From: an uncultured Candidatus Saccharibacteria bacterium
GTDB lineage: Bacteria > Patescibacteriota > Kazan-3B-28 > UBA10110
DNA length: 47,319 nt
Direction of reading: 5' to 3'
Assembly: GCA_964424375.1 (NCBI GenBank)
Contig: CAYRIH010000002.1
Location: 1 to 47,319 of the forward strand
Shown here: positions 9,595 through 19,464 of the stretch, one piece after another
How positions within the stretch are numbered: position 1 is the first letter of the stretch
Layout of the letters: the number at the start of each line of letters is the position of its first letter
Notes under the pieces: model-generated
What the model was told of the DNA's origin: nothing
The model's database searches: none
The model's input: the letters and a program-made list of their open reading frames with translations, nothing else
Translations under genes and position numbers: made by a program

Positions 9595-9724
9595 CCCGTT
9601 AGAAACCCTCGGCGAAAAATACAGAAGTATTTTTACGCGTAGTTATTAGTATAGATGTATGTAATATATTCATTTTCTTTATTATTAATACCTTTATTAT
9701 ATTAAGGCTGGTTTCTAACGGGAT
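9593..9724. repeat. CCCGTTAGA-family inverted repeat: perfect 15-bp arms (9593-9607 ATCCCGTTAGAAACC; 9710-9724 GGTTTCTAACGGGAT) around a 102-nt AT-rich spacer
   Basis: Arms read directly. The element fills the gap between the recG stop (9725) and the comEA ATG (9594), and one arm includes the AT of the comEA start codon. Confidence 0.8.
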
Positions 9725-11761
9725 CTATTCAGCGTGAGTTAAGTAATTCCATTGAATTTGATCTTTAAAATGAGGGAAGTTTTTTAAATCAGGATTTAAT
9801 TCAAACACATCATTAGCTAATTTTCTGGATTCTTGAATAAGCTTAATGTTGGTTAGATTAGTTAATTTTAATTTAGTAAATCCAGATTGTTGTTCACTAA
9901 AGAATACCCCGGGGCCTCTTAGTTTTAAATCTATCTCGGCTAATTCGGTTCCATTTTTTATCTTAACCAAAGCTTCCAATCGTTCTAAAGTTGTAGGGTC
10001 GTTAGAGTCAGATTCGATTAGGCAGTATGATTGGATGTTACTTCGTCCAACTCTACCTCTCATTTGATGTAATTGGGCTAAACCAAAACTCTCGGCATTT
10101 TTTATCCAAATAACTGTAGCGCTGGGGATATCTATACCAACTTCTATAACAGAAGTAGCTATTAATATATCAGTTTTATTGTTTTTTATTTGATTCATAA
10201 TTTTTAACTTATCTTCAGATTTCATTTTGCCATGCAGGGTAGCTATTCTAGCATCAGGTAAAAGTTTAGCCATTTTAACTTTTTCGGTTGCTACAGAAGT
10301 TTTGCTGTCCAATCTAGTATTTTCTTTAATTAAAGGAGCAATGAGGAATATCTTATGCTTTTTATTTATTTCTTGATTAATTAGTTTTTTAATATTTAAG
10401 ATATTATCTTTGCTTGTAATTAATTTAGTCATTATAGGTAATCTGCCCTGAGGTAAACTATCTAGCCACGATATATCTAAATCTTGAAGTAATCCCAAAA
10501 AAATGGTGCGGGGGATTGGAGTAGCACTTAAGCTAAGAAAATGAGGGGCAAAATCTAGATTTTTGTTTTTTAAAGCTTTGCGTTGTCCAACCCCAAAGCG
10601 ATGTTGTTCATCTATGATAATTAGATTGATGTCTTTAAATTTGGCAGTTTTTTGGATCAAGGCATGGGTGCCAATGATTACATCAACTTTTTTATTAGCA
10701 ATTTCCTGCCAGTTATTTAATTTAATACTGCCGGTAAGTAGAGTAGTTTTGATACCCCATTTATTTAGAAGGGGTTTAAGACTAGCATAATGCTGGGTAG
10801 CCAATATTTCAGTAGGAGCCATTAAAACTGCCTGAAACCCATTTTTTACCGTAGCTATAATAGCTCCAGCAGCTACTATAGTTTTACCCGAACCCACATC
10901 ACCCATTAAAAGTCGATTCATGGGATTTGGCCTTTTTAGATCATTAACTATTTGTTTAAGGGCAGTTTTTTGACTAACAGTAAGTTTAAAATCTAATTGA
11001 GAAGTAAAATCTAAGAAAAAATTATCAGCTATTTTATTAACTCGTCCTGTTTGTTTTCCCCATAAGTGTTTATTTAAGATGATGCTTAGATGAATAGGAA
11101 TCAGTTCTTCAATACTGAGTCTTTTCTTGGCTTGGGTTAGTGTTTTAGGTGAGGTAGGAAAATGAATATTTTCCATGGCTTTGGCAAGAGAAATAAGCTG
11201 GTATTTTTTAAGTAATTGATTAGAAAGAGTTTCGGGAATATGTCGAATAGTTCTAATTAAATACGCAAGGCTTTTTCTAAATAACTTAGATGTAATTCCT
11301 TCAGTTAGAGGATAAATAGAAACAATTCTGCCTGAATGTAGATTAGGACTTATCAGCGACTCGACAATAGGGTTTGTAAGAGTCAAATGATTTTTATATT
11401 TTTTAGTTGTGCCACTGAGTAAGTAAGTTTTTTGTTGTTCGAGCGTTTTGGCTAGATAGGATTGATTAAACCAAGTTACTTGCAAGTGACCGCTGGCATC
11501 TTGAAATAGGGCATTGATGACATCTAGCTTTTTATAAAATGATCGAAACTGATGCAGGCTAACCAACTTTGCCTTAATTGTGATCTTTTCTTTGTCTATT
11601 AGTTTAGATATGGGTTTGATTTGGCTAAAATCTTCCCATCTTTTGGGGTAATAATGAATCAGATCATCGATATTGAATATGTTCAGTTTGTTAAATCTTT
11701 GGGCTGATTTTGGCCCAATTCCAGGCAGGGAAGTTGTAGAGTCTTTAAGGGGAAAAAACAC
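9725..11761 (-). CDS. recG: ATP-dependent DNA helicase RecG
   Basis: Wedge/OB N-terminus, Walker A GDVGSGKT, DEQHRFG (DEAH-type) box, QLHQMRGRVGRS motif VI. Confidence 0.9.
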   Translation of the reverse strand: MFFPLKDSTTSLPGIGPKSAQRFNKLNIFNIDDLIHYYPKRWEDFSQIKPISKLIDKEKITIKAKLVSLHQFRSFYKKLDVINALFQDASGHLQVTWFNQSYLAKTLEQQKTYLLSGTTKKYKNHLTLTNPIVESLISPNLHSGRIVSIYPLTEGITSKLFRKSLAYLIRTIRHIPETLSNQLLKKYQLISLAKAMENIHFPTSPKTLTQAKKRLSIEELIPIHLSIILNKHLWGKQTGRVNKIADNFFLDFTSQLDFKLTVSQKTALKQIVNDLKRPNPMNRLLMGDVGSGKTIVAAGAIIATVKNGFQAVLMAPTEILATQHYASLKPLLNKWGIKTTLLTGSIKLNNWQEIANKKVDVIIGTHALIQKTAKFKDINLIIIDEQHRFGVGQRKALKNKNLDFAPHFLSLSATPIPRTIFLGLLQDLDISWLDSLPQGRLPIMTKLITSKDNILNIKKLINQEINKKHKIFLIAPLIKENTRLDSKTSVATEKVKMAKLLPDARIATLHGKMKSEDKLKIMNQIKNNKTDILIATSVIEVGIDIPSATVIWIKNAESFGLAQLHQMRGRVGRSNIQSYCLIESDSNDPTTLERLEALVKIKNGTELAEIDLKLRGPGVFFSEQQSGFTKLKLTNLTNIKLIQESRKLANDVFELNPDLKNFPHFKDQIQWNYLTHAE

Positions 11762-11867
11762 GATTTATATGCTCTAGGAGCTAAAAATCCTTGATTTAAT
11801 TTAAAAAATATGATACAATATAATAGTTGAGAAAAAGGAGGGTTAAATATATTTAATTTAACCCAAT

Positions 11868-12032
11868 ATGGAAAAAAAGCCGATTATCAATTTTGAGGGC
11901 ATGCAGTTTAGAACTGACAGAAGGGCTAGATTGCCGCGTGGTAAACAATGGCAAGTTAGGCGGTATAGTAGAAGCCGAATGGGTTTTTCAAAAGGCTTGA
12001 GAAATGTTTTAAGTCAATTTTTAAGTCATTAA
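11868..12032 (+). CDS. Small basic hypothetical protein (54 aa), not in ORF track
   Basis: ATG...TAA ORF MEKKPIINFEGMQFRTDRRARLPRGKQWQVRRYSRSRMGFSKGLRNVLSQFLSH. AAGGAGG lies about 25 nt upstream, partly inside hairpin GGGTTAAAT/ATTTAACCC. Confidence 0.3.
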   Translation: MEKKPIINFEGMQFRTDRRARLPRGKQWQVRRYSRSRMGFSKGLRNVLSQFLSH

Positions 12033-12077
12033 AATCAGATATTGAATAAGAAATTTACCTTCACATTAAGTGAAGTT

Positions 12078-13274
12078 TTATTTTATTTTAATAAATCGGC
12101 GTTTGCCTACTTGAACTACGACTCCAGAGGCGATGGTTATTTGCCAATGGGGGTCTTGGATTAATTCTTGATTGACTCGGACAGCTCTTTGCATTAACAT
12201 TCTGCGCGCTTCGGATTTGGAACCAACCAGTTTACTAGTTATTAGAAAATCTACGATGCCAATCTTTTGCCCAGATAATTTAATAGAAGGAATATCTTTA
12301 GGTATTTCTTTTTTTTGGAATATGGCTTTAAAGCGATTGGCGGCGAAATCAGCTGCGGCCTTACCATGATAAATACTTACTATAGCTCTTCCTAATTCTA
12401 TTTTTATATCCTTTGGATTAGTATTTTTTCGTTTAAGCAATTTAGAAATTTCATTGATTTCTTTTTTTGACTTGTTGGTAGCCAGTTCCCAGTAATGCAT
12501 TATCAGATTGTCTGGGAGAGACATAATTTTACCAAATTGGCTTTCAGCGGATTCGGTAATTAAAATATCATTACCCAAGCTTTGACTCATCTTGTTTTTC
12601 CCATCTAAACCTATAAGCAGGGGTACAGTAACAATGTCTTGAGGGGCTTGTTTAAAATCTCTTTGGAGATCGCGGCCGCGCATTTCGTTGAATAACTGAT
12701 CAGTTCCAATTACTGTAATATCGCTTTTTAATATTACAGAATCATAACCTTGCAAGACTGGGTAAACAGGTTCGTGTAAACCAATTTCTTGTTTTTGTTT
12801 GACCCTTTTTTTAAACATATCTCGTCCTATCATCTGAGCGTATGTAAATTTACTCATTAGTTGCAACAATTCTTCAGCGCTCATTTTGTCGTACCATTCG
12901 CTGTTATAGCGAATTTCTGTTTTTTTAGGGTCTAGGATTTTTAAAGCCTGATTAATATAATTTTTGGCCATTTTTTCAACTGATGTTTTGTCGCGTAATT
13001 TTCTGGTAGATTTTTTATCTGTTGGGTCACCGAATCTGCCCGTGAATCCTCCGATTAAAAATACAACTGTGTGCCCCATATCTTGCAGGGCTCTAAGTTT
13101 ATGGTAAACTACAGCATAGCCTAAATGTAAATCAGAGGTAGTCGGGTCTACACCATGTTTAATAATTAATTTTTTGCCAGACTTTAGTTTAGCTAATAGG
13201 CTTTTTTTGTTGATTATCTGCTCGATTCGACCATCCAAAAAATTGTTTATCAGCCTGGTTTTAGATTGATTCAT
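12078..13274 (-). CDS. tyrS: Tyrosyl-tRNA synthetase with C-terminal S4-like domain
   Basis: HIGH-type HLGY, KMSKS-type KMSQSLG, C-terminal S4-like SKSEARRMLMQRAVRVN. Start moved from the track GTG (13289) to ATG at 13274 (MNQSK...). Confidence 0.85.
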   Translation of the reverse strand: MNQSKTRLINNFLDGRIEQIINKKSLLAKLKSGKKLIIKHGVDPTTSDLHLGYAVVYHKLRALQDMGHTVVFLIGGFTGRFGDPTDKKSTRKLRDKTSVEKMAKNYINQALKILDPKKTEIRYNSEWYDKMSAEELLQLMSKFTYAQMIGRDMFKKRVKQKQEIGLHEPVYPVLQGYDSVILKSDITVIGTDQLFNEMRGRDLQRDFKQAPQDIVTVPLLIGLDGKNKMSQSLGNDILITESAESQFGKIMSLPDNLIMHYWELATNKSKKEINEISKLLKRKNTNPKDIKIELGRAIVSIYHGKAAADFAANRFKAIFQKKEIPKDIPSIKLSGQKIGIVDFLITSKLVGSKSEARRMLMQRAVRVNQELIQDPHWQITIASGVVVQVGKRRFIKIK

Positions 13275-13460
13275 CCCGTTAGAGTCCACGATAATTAAGT
13301 CTTTTATAATTAATGTTTGTTGTTATCTTTTGATTATTCATCCCGTTAGAGATAAGAAGCATTAATGCTTCTGTATTATAAATATGCTTGTAATTATTGG
13401 TCATTATATCTTATTTAGTAGTTTATATGTTTTTTATTAATTAGGTTATCTCTAACAGGA
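13268..13460. repeat. Cluster of CCCGTTAGA-family repeats in the tyrS 5' region: direct copies at 13268-13284 and 13336-13355, inverted partner at 13446-13460 (14/15 match), internal 16-nt palindrome GAAGCATTAATGCTTC (13356-13371)
   Basis: Read directly from sequence. Confidence 0.75.
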
Positions 13461-13624
13461 TTCATAAGTATAGTCAATTTCTTCTGAAAGTTTTAATGGG
13501 ATTCATTACTTTTTTATTATAACTTTTTTAGCCTTGGTGAGTAAGTTGAAGATGTAGTATAGTGTTAACTTTTTTATTCGTTTGTGCGTAGTATATAATA
13601 AGCATTGTTAAATATGTTTTATAT

Positions 13625-16441
13625 ATGAGTAATAATCTACTTCCATTAAGGGATCATGATGTTCTGCGAAAGAAATGGCATCGTCGCGCAGTCTTAAGAA
13701 AAAATAAGAGGGTTGTATTTAACATATTGAAGCGATACGGCATAGATAATTTGCCACGGCTGGTTTTAGGTATAATTATAACTATTATATTTATATTATC
13801 ATTTTCTACGGCAGTCTTGAGTATTGGGTTGCCAGATCCAACCCAATTATCTGTTCAAAGACAATTGGAATCCACTAAAGTACTAGATCGTAATGGAGTG
13901 GTTTTATTTGATATCTTTGGTGAAAAACGTCGCGCCAATATTCCTTTGACTGATATTCCAGAACACCTTAAGCAAGCCACCATTGCGGCTGAAGATAGTG
14001 ATTTTTATACTCACAAAGGATTTGATATTAAGGGTTTGATTAGGGGGGTAATTATTAAGCCCTTATCTGGTCAAAGAGCACAAGGGGGCAGTACGATTAC
14101 CCAGCAGTTAGTCAAAAACAGTTTTTTATCATCCAAACGCTCGCTAGATAGAAAGATTAAAGAACTCATTTTAGCTGTAGAAATAGAAAGAATTTATACT
14201 AAAGACAAGATATTAGAACTGTATTTAAATGAAATACCATATGGTGGTCGGTCTTATGGAGTAGAATCAGCTTCCCAAATATATTTTGGCACTCCAGCTG
14301 ACGAATTGACTATGGCTCAAGCTGCAGTTCTGGCGGCTCTACCTCAATCACCAACTTATTATTCACCTTATGGCCAGCATCCTGATGAGCTTCTAGCTCG
14401 CAAGGATTGGGTATTAAAGAGGATGTTTGAGGAAGGCTATGTTACTGATCAACAGATGCGAGAGGCTCAGGATGAAGAGATAGAATTTAAACCCCGAAAG
14501 GACAGTATTAGGGCCCCTCATTTTGTAATGTATGTCAAAGAAATTTTGGCGGATCGCTACGGTGAAAAATTATTGGAAGAAGGGGGATTGAAAATTACCA
14601 CTACTTTGGACTGGGAGTTGCAACAAACAGCAGAGGAAGTTATTTCTCAAAGAGCAGAGACGAATCAAGAGCGTTACAATGCTGGAAATGCTGCTCTGGT
14701 AACTATCGACCCAAATACTGGAGAAATTTTGGCTATGGTGGGGAGTAAAGATTACTTTGATTTGGAAGCTGATGGAAATGTCAATGTTACTATTTGTGAT
14801 CGGCAGCCAGGATCAGCAATCAAACCAATAATTTATGCTACAACTTTTAATAAAAACTTTGGGCCAGCCACTATGCTTTTAGATGTTAAAACCGATTTTG
14901 GTAGTGGGTATGCACCCAACAATTACGATGGGGAATTCAGGGGACCGGTGTCTGTAAGAGAAGCATTGCAAGGATCTATTAATGTTCCAGCGGTTAAAGC
15001 TTTGGCTTATGGAGGAGTAAATGAAACCATAAATTTGGCTCACAAAATGGGTATTACTACTCTTAATGAGCCAGAGAGATATGGATTATCTTTGGTTTTA
15101 GGGGGTGGCGAAGTTAAACTTTTGGATTTGACGGCTGCTTATGGAGTATTTGCTACTGGCGGGAATAAAGCACCACTTTTATCAGTGTTAAAAATTGAAG
15201 ATGCTAAGGGTAGAATTTTAGAAGAGAATTCTTTCAAATCTCCTAAACGAGTATTAGATCCGGAAACTGCTTATTTAATTAATAATATATTAAGTGATGA
15301 TGTAACTCGGGCTCCTTTCTTCGGCGGCGGTGGTCCTTTGACTTTGCCGGGGCGGGTAGTGGCTGCTAAAACTGGCACAACTGATTTATATCGAGATGGC
15401 TGGACTATTGGTTATACCCCAGATTTAGTTACTGGTGTTTGGGTAGGTAATAATTGGGGGGAATCAATGAAAAATGGAGCTGGCTTATCAGTAGCCGCTC
15501 CGATTTGGCACCAATATATGAAAAATATTTTAGCTGGTAAGCCTAGTAGTAGTTTTACTATTCCGTCTGGTATCAGAACTGTAATAGTCGATAGTTTGTC
15601 AGGTAAATTACCTAGTGATGCTACTCCTGAAACCAAGACAGAAATTTTTTCTAGCTGGGGAATACCTCAAGAAACCGATGATGTTCACCAAAAAGTTAAA
15701 GTTGTAAGCGTAGCACCAGATAGATTGCCTCCCCCTGGCTTTCCAGAAAATTTGATAGAAGAGAGAATTTTTGCAGAACTTCACTCGGAACGACCTAATA
15801 ATTCGGCTTGGGAAAATCCAGTAATAGCCTGGGCTGAAGATAATGGTTACAACAATGTGCCCCGGCAAGTGTATGATGGTTCGTCTGGGAATAATAAAAA
15901 TCTAAAGATAATTAGTCCCGCTAATGGAGCAATTATTGATGGAAATTTTATTATTACTGCCCAGATAGCTGATGAATCTAATATAGATGAATTATTTTTC
16001 TATTATGATGACAACTTGATTAACCGCTTACAATCAGCACCATGGCGTGTTTCGATTAACAACCCTGATCTTGATGGCAACTCTCATCCGGTTAAAGTTA
16101 AATTAGTTAAAAATAGCGGCGAATCGGAGGAAAGTGTGGTTTATATAACAGCGGGGAGCCAAATTAATCAGATAGTTATTACTATGCAAGATATGTCATC
16201 CTCGTTTTATCCAATTAATTTAACTGCTGAATTAACTGATCAAAGCGAGCAATTAAATATAGATAAGATAGAGATGTATTTCGATGGGATAATGCAGGAA
16301 ACATTCCTGCCTAATAGTACGGGTCAATATATTACAGTAATTAATAGTGGTATTAAAGGTCAGCATACAGCCTGGGCAGTTGTAATAGATAAAACTAGCC
16401 AGCGGTATACTAGTAATAAAATTAACTTTACAACCATATGA
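13625..16441 (+). CDS. Class A penicillin-binding protein (glycosyltransferase GT51 + transpeptidase) with long C-terminal extension
   Basis: EDSDFYTHKGFD and GSTITQQL (GT51); SAIK (SxxK), SIN (SxN), KTGT (transpeptidase); N-terminal TM. Confidence 0.9.
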   Translation: MSNNLLPLRDHDVLRKKWHRRAVLRKNKRVVFNILKRYGIDNLPRLVLGIIITIIFILSFSTAVLSIGLPDPTQLSVQRQLESTKVLDRNGVVLFDIFGEKRRANIPLTDIPEHLKQATIAAEDSDFYTHKGFDIKGLIRGVIIKPLSGQRAQGGSTITQQLVKNSFLSSKRSLDRKIKELILAVEIERIYTKDKILELYLNEIPYGGRSYGVESASQIYFGTPADELTMAQAAVLAALPQSPTYYSPYGQHPDELLARKDWVLKRMFEEGYVTDQQMREAQDEEIEFKPRKDSIRAPHFVMYVKEILADRYGEKLLEEGGLKITTTLDWELQQTAEEVISQRAETNQERYNAGNAALVTIDPNTGEILAMVGSKDYFDLEADGNVNVTICDRQPGSAIKPIIYATTFNKNFGPATMLLDVKTDFGSGYAPNNYDGEFRGPVSVREALQGSINVPAVKALAYGGVNETINLAHKMGITTLNEPERYGLSLVLGGGEVKLLDLTAAYGVFATGGNKAPLLSVLKIEDAKGRILEENSFKSPKRVLDPETAYLINNILSDDVTRAPFFGGGGPLTLPGRVVAAKTGTTDLYRDGWTIGYTPDLVTGVWVGNNWGESMKNGAGLSVAAPIWHQYMKNILAGKPSSSFTIPSGIRTVIVDSLSGKLPSDATPETKTEIFSSWGIPQETDDVHQKVKVVSVAPDRLPPPGFPENLIEERIFAELHSERPNNSAWENPVIAWAEDNGYNNVPRQVYDGSSGNNKNLKIISPANGAIIDGNFIITAQIADESNIDELFFYYDDNLINRLQSAPWRVSINNPDLDGNSHPVKVKLVKNSGESEESVVYITAGSQINQIVITMQDMSSSFYPINLTAELTDQSEQLNIDKIEMYFDGIMQETFLPNSTGQYITVINSGIKGQHTAWAVVIDKTSQRYTSNKINFTTI

Positions 16442-17718
16442 AGACATCTATAAACAAGGATCAATCTAAGGTAATTATAGAAATTGAACTTGAAAATTCG
16501 GAGTGGCAAGAAACGTTAAAACAAGCAGCAATAAAAATTTCTAAATCAGTCGAAATTAAAGGATTTAGGTCTGGTCAAGCGCCTTTAGATATAGTGATAA
16601 GTCAAGTTGGAGAAGCTAAGGTAATTAATGAAGCGGCAGATACAGCAGTAGCTAAGTTTTACTCTCTGGCCATACAGCAGCACAATTTAATTCCAGTAAT
16701 CCAGCCTAAAATCTCTATTAATAAAGTTAATGTAAGTCAGCCCCTCTCTTTCAAAATAGAGGTTATAGTGATGCCGGAAGTAGTCTTAGGTGATTATAAA
16801 AAAATTAGAGTTAAAAGCGAACCTATTAAAATGGATAAATCACAAATAGACAAAGCACTTGGCGATATTCAACGTCGACAGGCTGTATTTAAAGAAGTAG
16901 AGCGGGCCAGCAAAGAAGGAGACTGGGTGGAGATTGACTTTCTTGGCAAATTAAAAGGGGAACCTTTTGATGGTGGCAAGAGCCAACATCATCCTTTGAT
17001 TATTGGTGATGGTGTATTTTTACCTGACTTTGAAAAGGCATTAATTGGTTTAATACCAGAAGAAAATAAGACTTTTAGCGTAAATTTTCCAGAAAACTAT
17101 CACCAAAAAAACTTGGCTGGGCAAAAAGTAGAATTTGAGGTTAAACTGCACCAAGTAAAAGAGGTGATTATGCCGCCAATTGATGATGAATTGGCCAAGC
17201 AGATAGGCAAATTTGAGACTCTTGAAGATTTACGTCTGGATATAGAGAAGTGGCTTCAGAAAGATGCTCAGAAAAAGGAAAAATCTAGACAGCAGGAAGA
17301 GGCCATGAATCAACTAATTAAATTAGCCAAAGTTGATATCCCAGATGAATTAATCAATCAAGAATTGATGTCTATGATTCAAGATTTATCTCATCAATTA
17401 TCTCAGCAGCAAATGACTTTAGAAGACTATTTTAAAAAACAGAATACTACTGAAGAAAAGATTAAAGAACAATGGAGAGATATGGCTAAACAGCGAGTAT
17501 TAGCTGGATTAGCTTTAGATGCTTTCAAAAAACGGGAAGGGATTAAGGCTACTAATCAGGAGGTAGATCAAGATATTGAACGGATGAAAATAATGCATCC
17601 AGACCAAAAAGACAAGCTAGACGAAAAATACAAAAGTGACTTAGAAAAGAAGCGTTTGGGTCATATGTTGGCCGGTCAAAAAGCCTTGAAACATCTTTGG
17701 GAGCTAGCTGTTAAGTAA
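16438..17718 (+). CDS. tig: Trigger factor
   Basis: N-terminal ribosome-binding region with GFRSGQAP, central FKBP-like region (GDWVEIDF..GKLKGEPFDGG), helical C-terminus; ATGA overlap with the PBP stop. Confidence 0.85.
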   Translation: MKTSINKDQSKVIIEIELENSEWQETLKQAAIKISKSVEIKGFRSGQAPLDIVISQVGEAKVINEAADTAVAKFYSLAIQQHNLIPVIQPKISINKVNVSQPLSFKIEVIVMPEVVLGDYKKIRVKSEPIKMDKSQIDKALGDIQRRQAVFKEVERASKEGDWVEIDFLGKLKGEPFDGGKSQHHPLIIGDGVFLPDFEKALIGLIPEENKTFSVNFPENYHQKNLAGQKVEFEVKLHQVKEVIMPPIDDELAKQIGKFETLEDLRLDIEKWLQKDAQKKEKSRQQEEAMNQLIKLAKVDIPDELINQELMSMIQDLSHQLSQQQMTLEDYFKKQNTTEEKIKEQWRDMAKQRVLAGLALDAFKKREGIKATNQEVDQDIERMKIMHPDQKDKLDEKYKSDLEKKRLGHMLAGQKALKHLWELAVK

Positions 17719-17762
17719 TTTGATATAATAATAGATGATTTATTCTTAAATTTTAAAAGACT

Positions 17763-18347
17763 ATGAATTTAGTACCTATGGTTGTAGAAAAATCATCATT
17801 AGGTGAAAGAGCCTATGATATTTATTCTAGACTTCTTAAAGATCGGGTTATTTTTATTGGTATGCCAATTGATGACACCGTAGCTAATTTAGTTATTGCT
17901 CAGCTGCTGTTTTTGGAAAGCGAGAATCCTAAGAAAGATGTATTTCTATATATTAATAGTCCGGGCGGATCAGTTAGTGCAGGGTTAGCGGTTTATGACA
18001 CCATGCAGTATATCAAATGCGATGTTACTACTATGTGTGTGGGGATGGCTGCTTCTATGGCGGCAGTATTATTGGCCGGTGGCGCCAAGGGCAAAAGATT
18101 TGCCTTGCCGCATTCTCGGATTCTAATTCATCAATTAATGGGTGGTGTGCAAGGACAAGCTACTGATATTGATATTCAGGCTAAGGAAATTTTGCGAATA
18201 AAAGAAATTCTTAACGAGATTTTAGCTAGCCATACTGGTCAGCCTGTAAGAAAAGTTGATAAGGATACAGATAGAGATTATTATATGTCACCAGAAGAGG
18301 CCAAAAAATATGGCTTGATTGATAAGGTGCTAGATAAAACTAAATAG
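17763..18347 (+). CDS. clpP: ATP-dependent Clp protease proteolytic subunit
   Basis: [37 protein letters not shown], catalytic-Ser context [17 protein letters not shown]. Confidence 0.95.
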   Translation: MNLVPMVVEKSSLGERAYDIYSRLLKDRVIFIGMPIDDTVANLVIAQLLFLESENPKKDVFLYINSPGGSVSAGLAVYDTMQYIKCDVTTMCVGMAASMAAVLLAGGAKGKRFALPHSRILIHQLMGGVQGQATDIDIQAKEILRIKEILNEILASHTGQPVRKVDKDTDRDYYMSPEEAKKYGLIDKVLDKTK

Positions 18348-18435
18348 TTCTGCTAACTTAATTAGATTTAAGTTTATTTTAATAGAATGGGCAGATGTCT
18401 TTAGGTTTTGTTATGATATTTTTAGAAAGGCGTCT

Positions 18436-19389
18436 ATGAATTGTTTAGGATTGTTAACTAAAAATTTATCTGTTGTTAAGGGTCACGATTTAGCTAAAGA
18501 TTTATTGATTAAAGCTTCTACTAGAGGTCGATGTGCAGTTTATTTATTGGTAGGCCCGCCCCATGTAGGTAAAAGCCTCCTAGCTAGAATTTTAGCGGCT
18601 AGCATTCATGAAAATAAAGATGTGAATAAGCCTCATATCGACACCTTATGGTTTGATGAGGTATTACAAGCGAATTCTGAAGGGCAAAAGGGTGAAGAGA
18701 CGAAGCGCTGGAAAAAGTCTGTTGATAGTTTAATTCATTTTATTAATCTTTCGCCGGCTAGATCAAATTTTAAGATAGCTATTATTGAAGATATTGATAG
18801 ATTAAGTTCACAAGCTGCTAATGCTTTACTCAAAACTTTGGAGGAACCGCCTGAAAGAGCGGTAATTATTATTACAGCTCAGGATGTAAATTCAGTTTTG
18901 TCGACTATTAGATCCCGCTCTCAGATTATTCGATTGAATTATTTGTCAGATAATCAAATCAGAGATTATATTAAAACTAAAATATCATCAGATATTGATG
19001 AAATAGTTTTATTAGCCAACGGAGCCTTGGGTGTAGCCAATGTTTTGATAGATAATCCTGAATTATTACAAAGTAAGATGCTTCAAATAGAAGCTTTTAA
19101 GAAAGTGTTAACTGGCCGGATGCCTGATAGCTTGAACTTGGTAAATATCAAAAACAGAGATGATGCCCTTGATTTACTGCAAGTTTGGCTTAATTTGTCC
19201 AGAAGGTTGCTTTTGGCGGATATACACAGTAAGTTTAGTCCAGTATTAAAACCTTTTTGTGGCTTGTTTGCCAGAAAAAAATTATTTAATTTTATTAGTC
19301 AGCTTAAAGATGCAATTGAATCGTTGCATTCAGGAGCCAACCCACGGATTGCGTTAGAATCGATTGTATTGAGGTGGATATGGAGTTAG
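18436..19389 (+). CDS. holB: DNA polymerase III delta' subunit
   Basis: Walker-A-like GPPHVGKS and the clamp-loader signature ANALLKTLEEPPERAVIIITA. Confidence 0.75.
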   Translation: MNCLGLLTKNLSVVKGHDLAKDLLIKASTRGRCAVYLLVGPPHVGKSLLARILAASIHENKDVNKPHIDTLWFDEVLQANSEGQKGEETKRWKKSVDSLIHFINLSPARSNFKIAIIEDIDRLSSQAANALLKTLEEPPERAVIIITAQDVNSVLSTIRSRSQIIRLNYLSDNQIRDYIKTKISSDIDEIVLLANGALGVANVLIDNPELLQSKMLQIEAFKKVLTGRMPDSLNLVNIKNRDDALDLLQVWLNLSRRLLLADIHSKFSPVLKPFCGLFARKKLFNFISQLKDAIESLHSGANPRIALESIVLRWIWS

Positions 19390-19464
19390 ATGACTAATAT
19401 GGTTATAATCTGGTTTTAAAAAAGGTATAATCAGTTTGTTAATTTCTTAAACTTTTTAATAGCT

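Noticed and set aside
13290-13624. T-box riboswitch upstream of tyrS
   Set aside because: No T-box consensus (reverse complement of …GGTGGTACCGCG…) or specifier-loop architecture is visible. The region is AT-rich with the CCCGTTAGA repeats instead.
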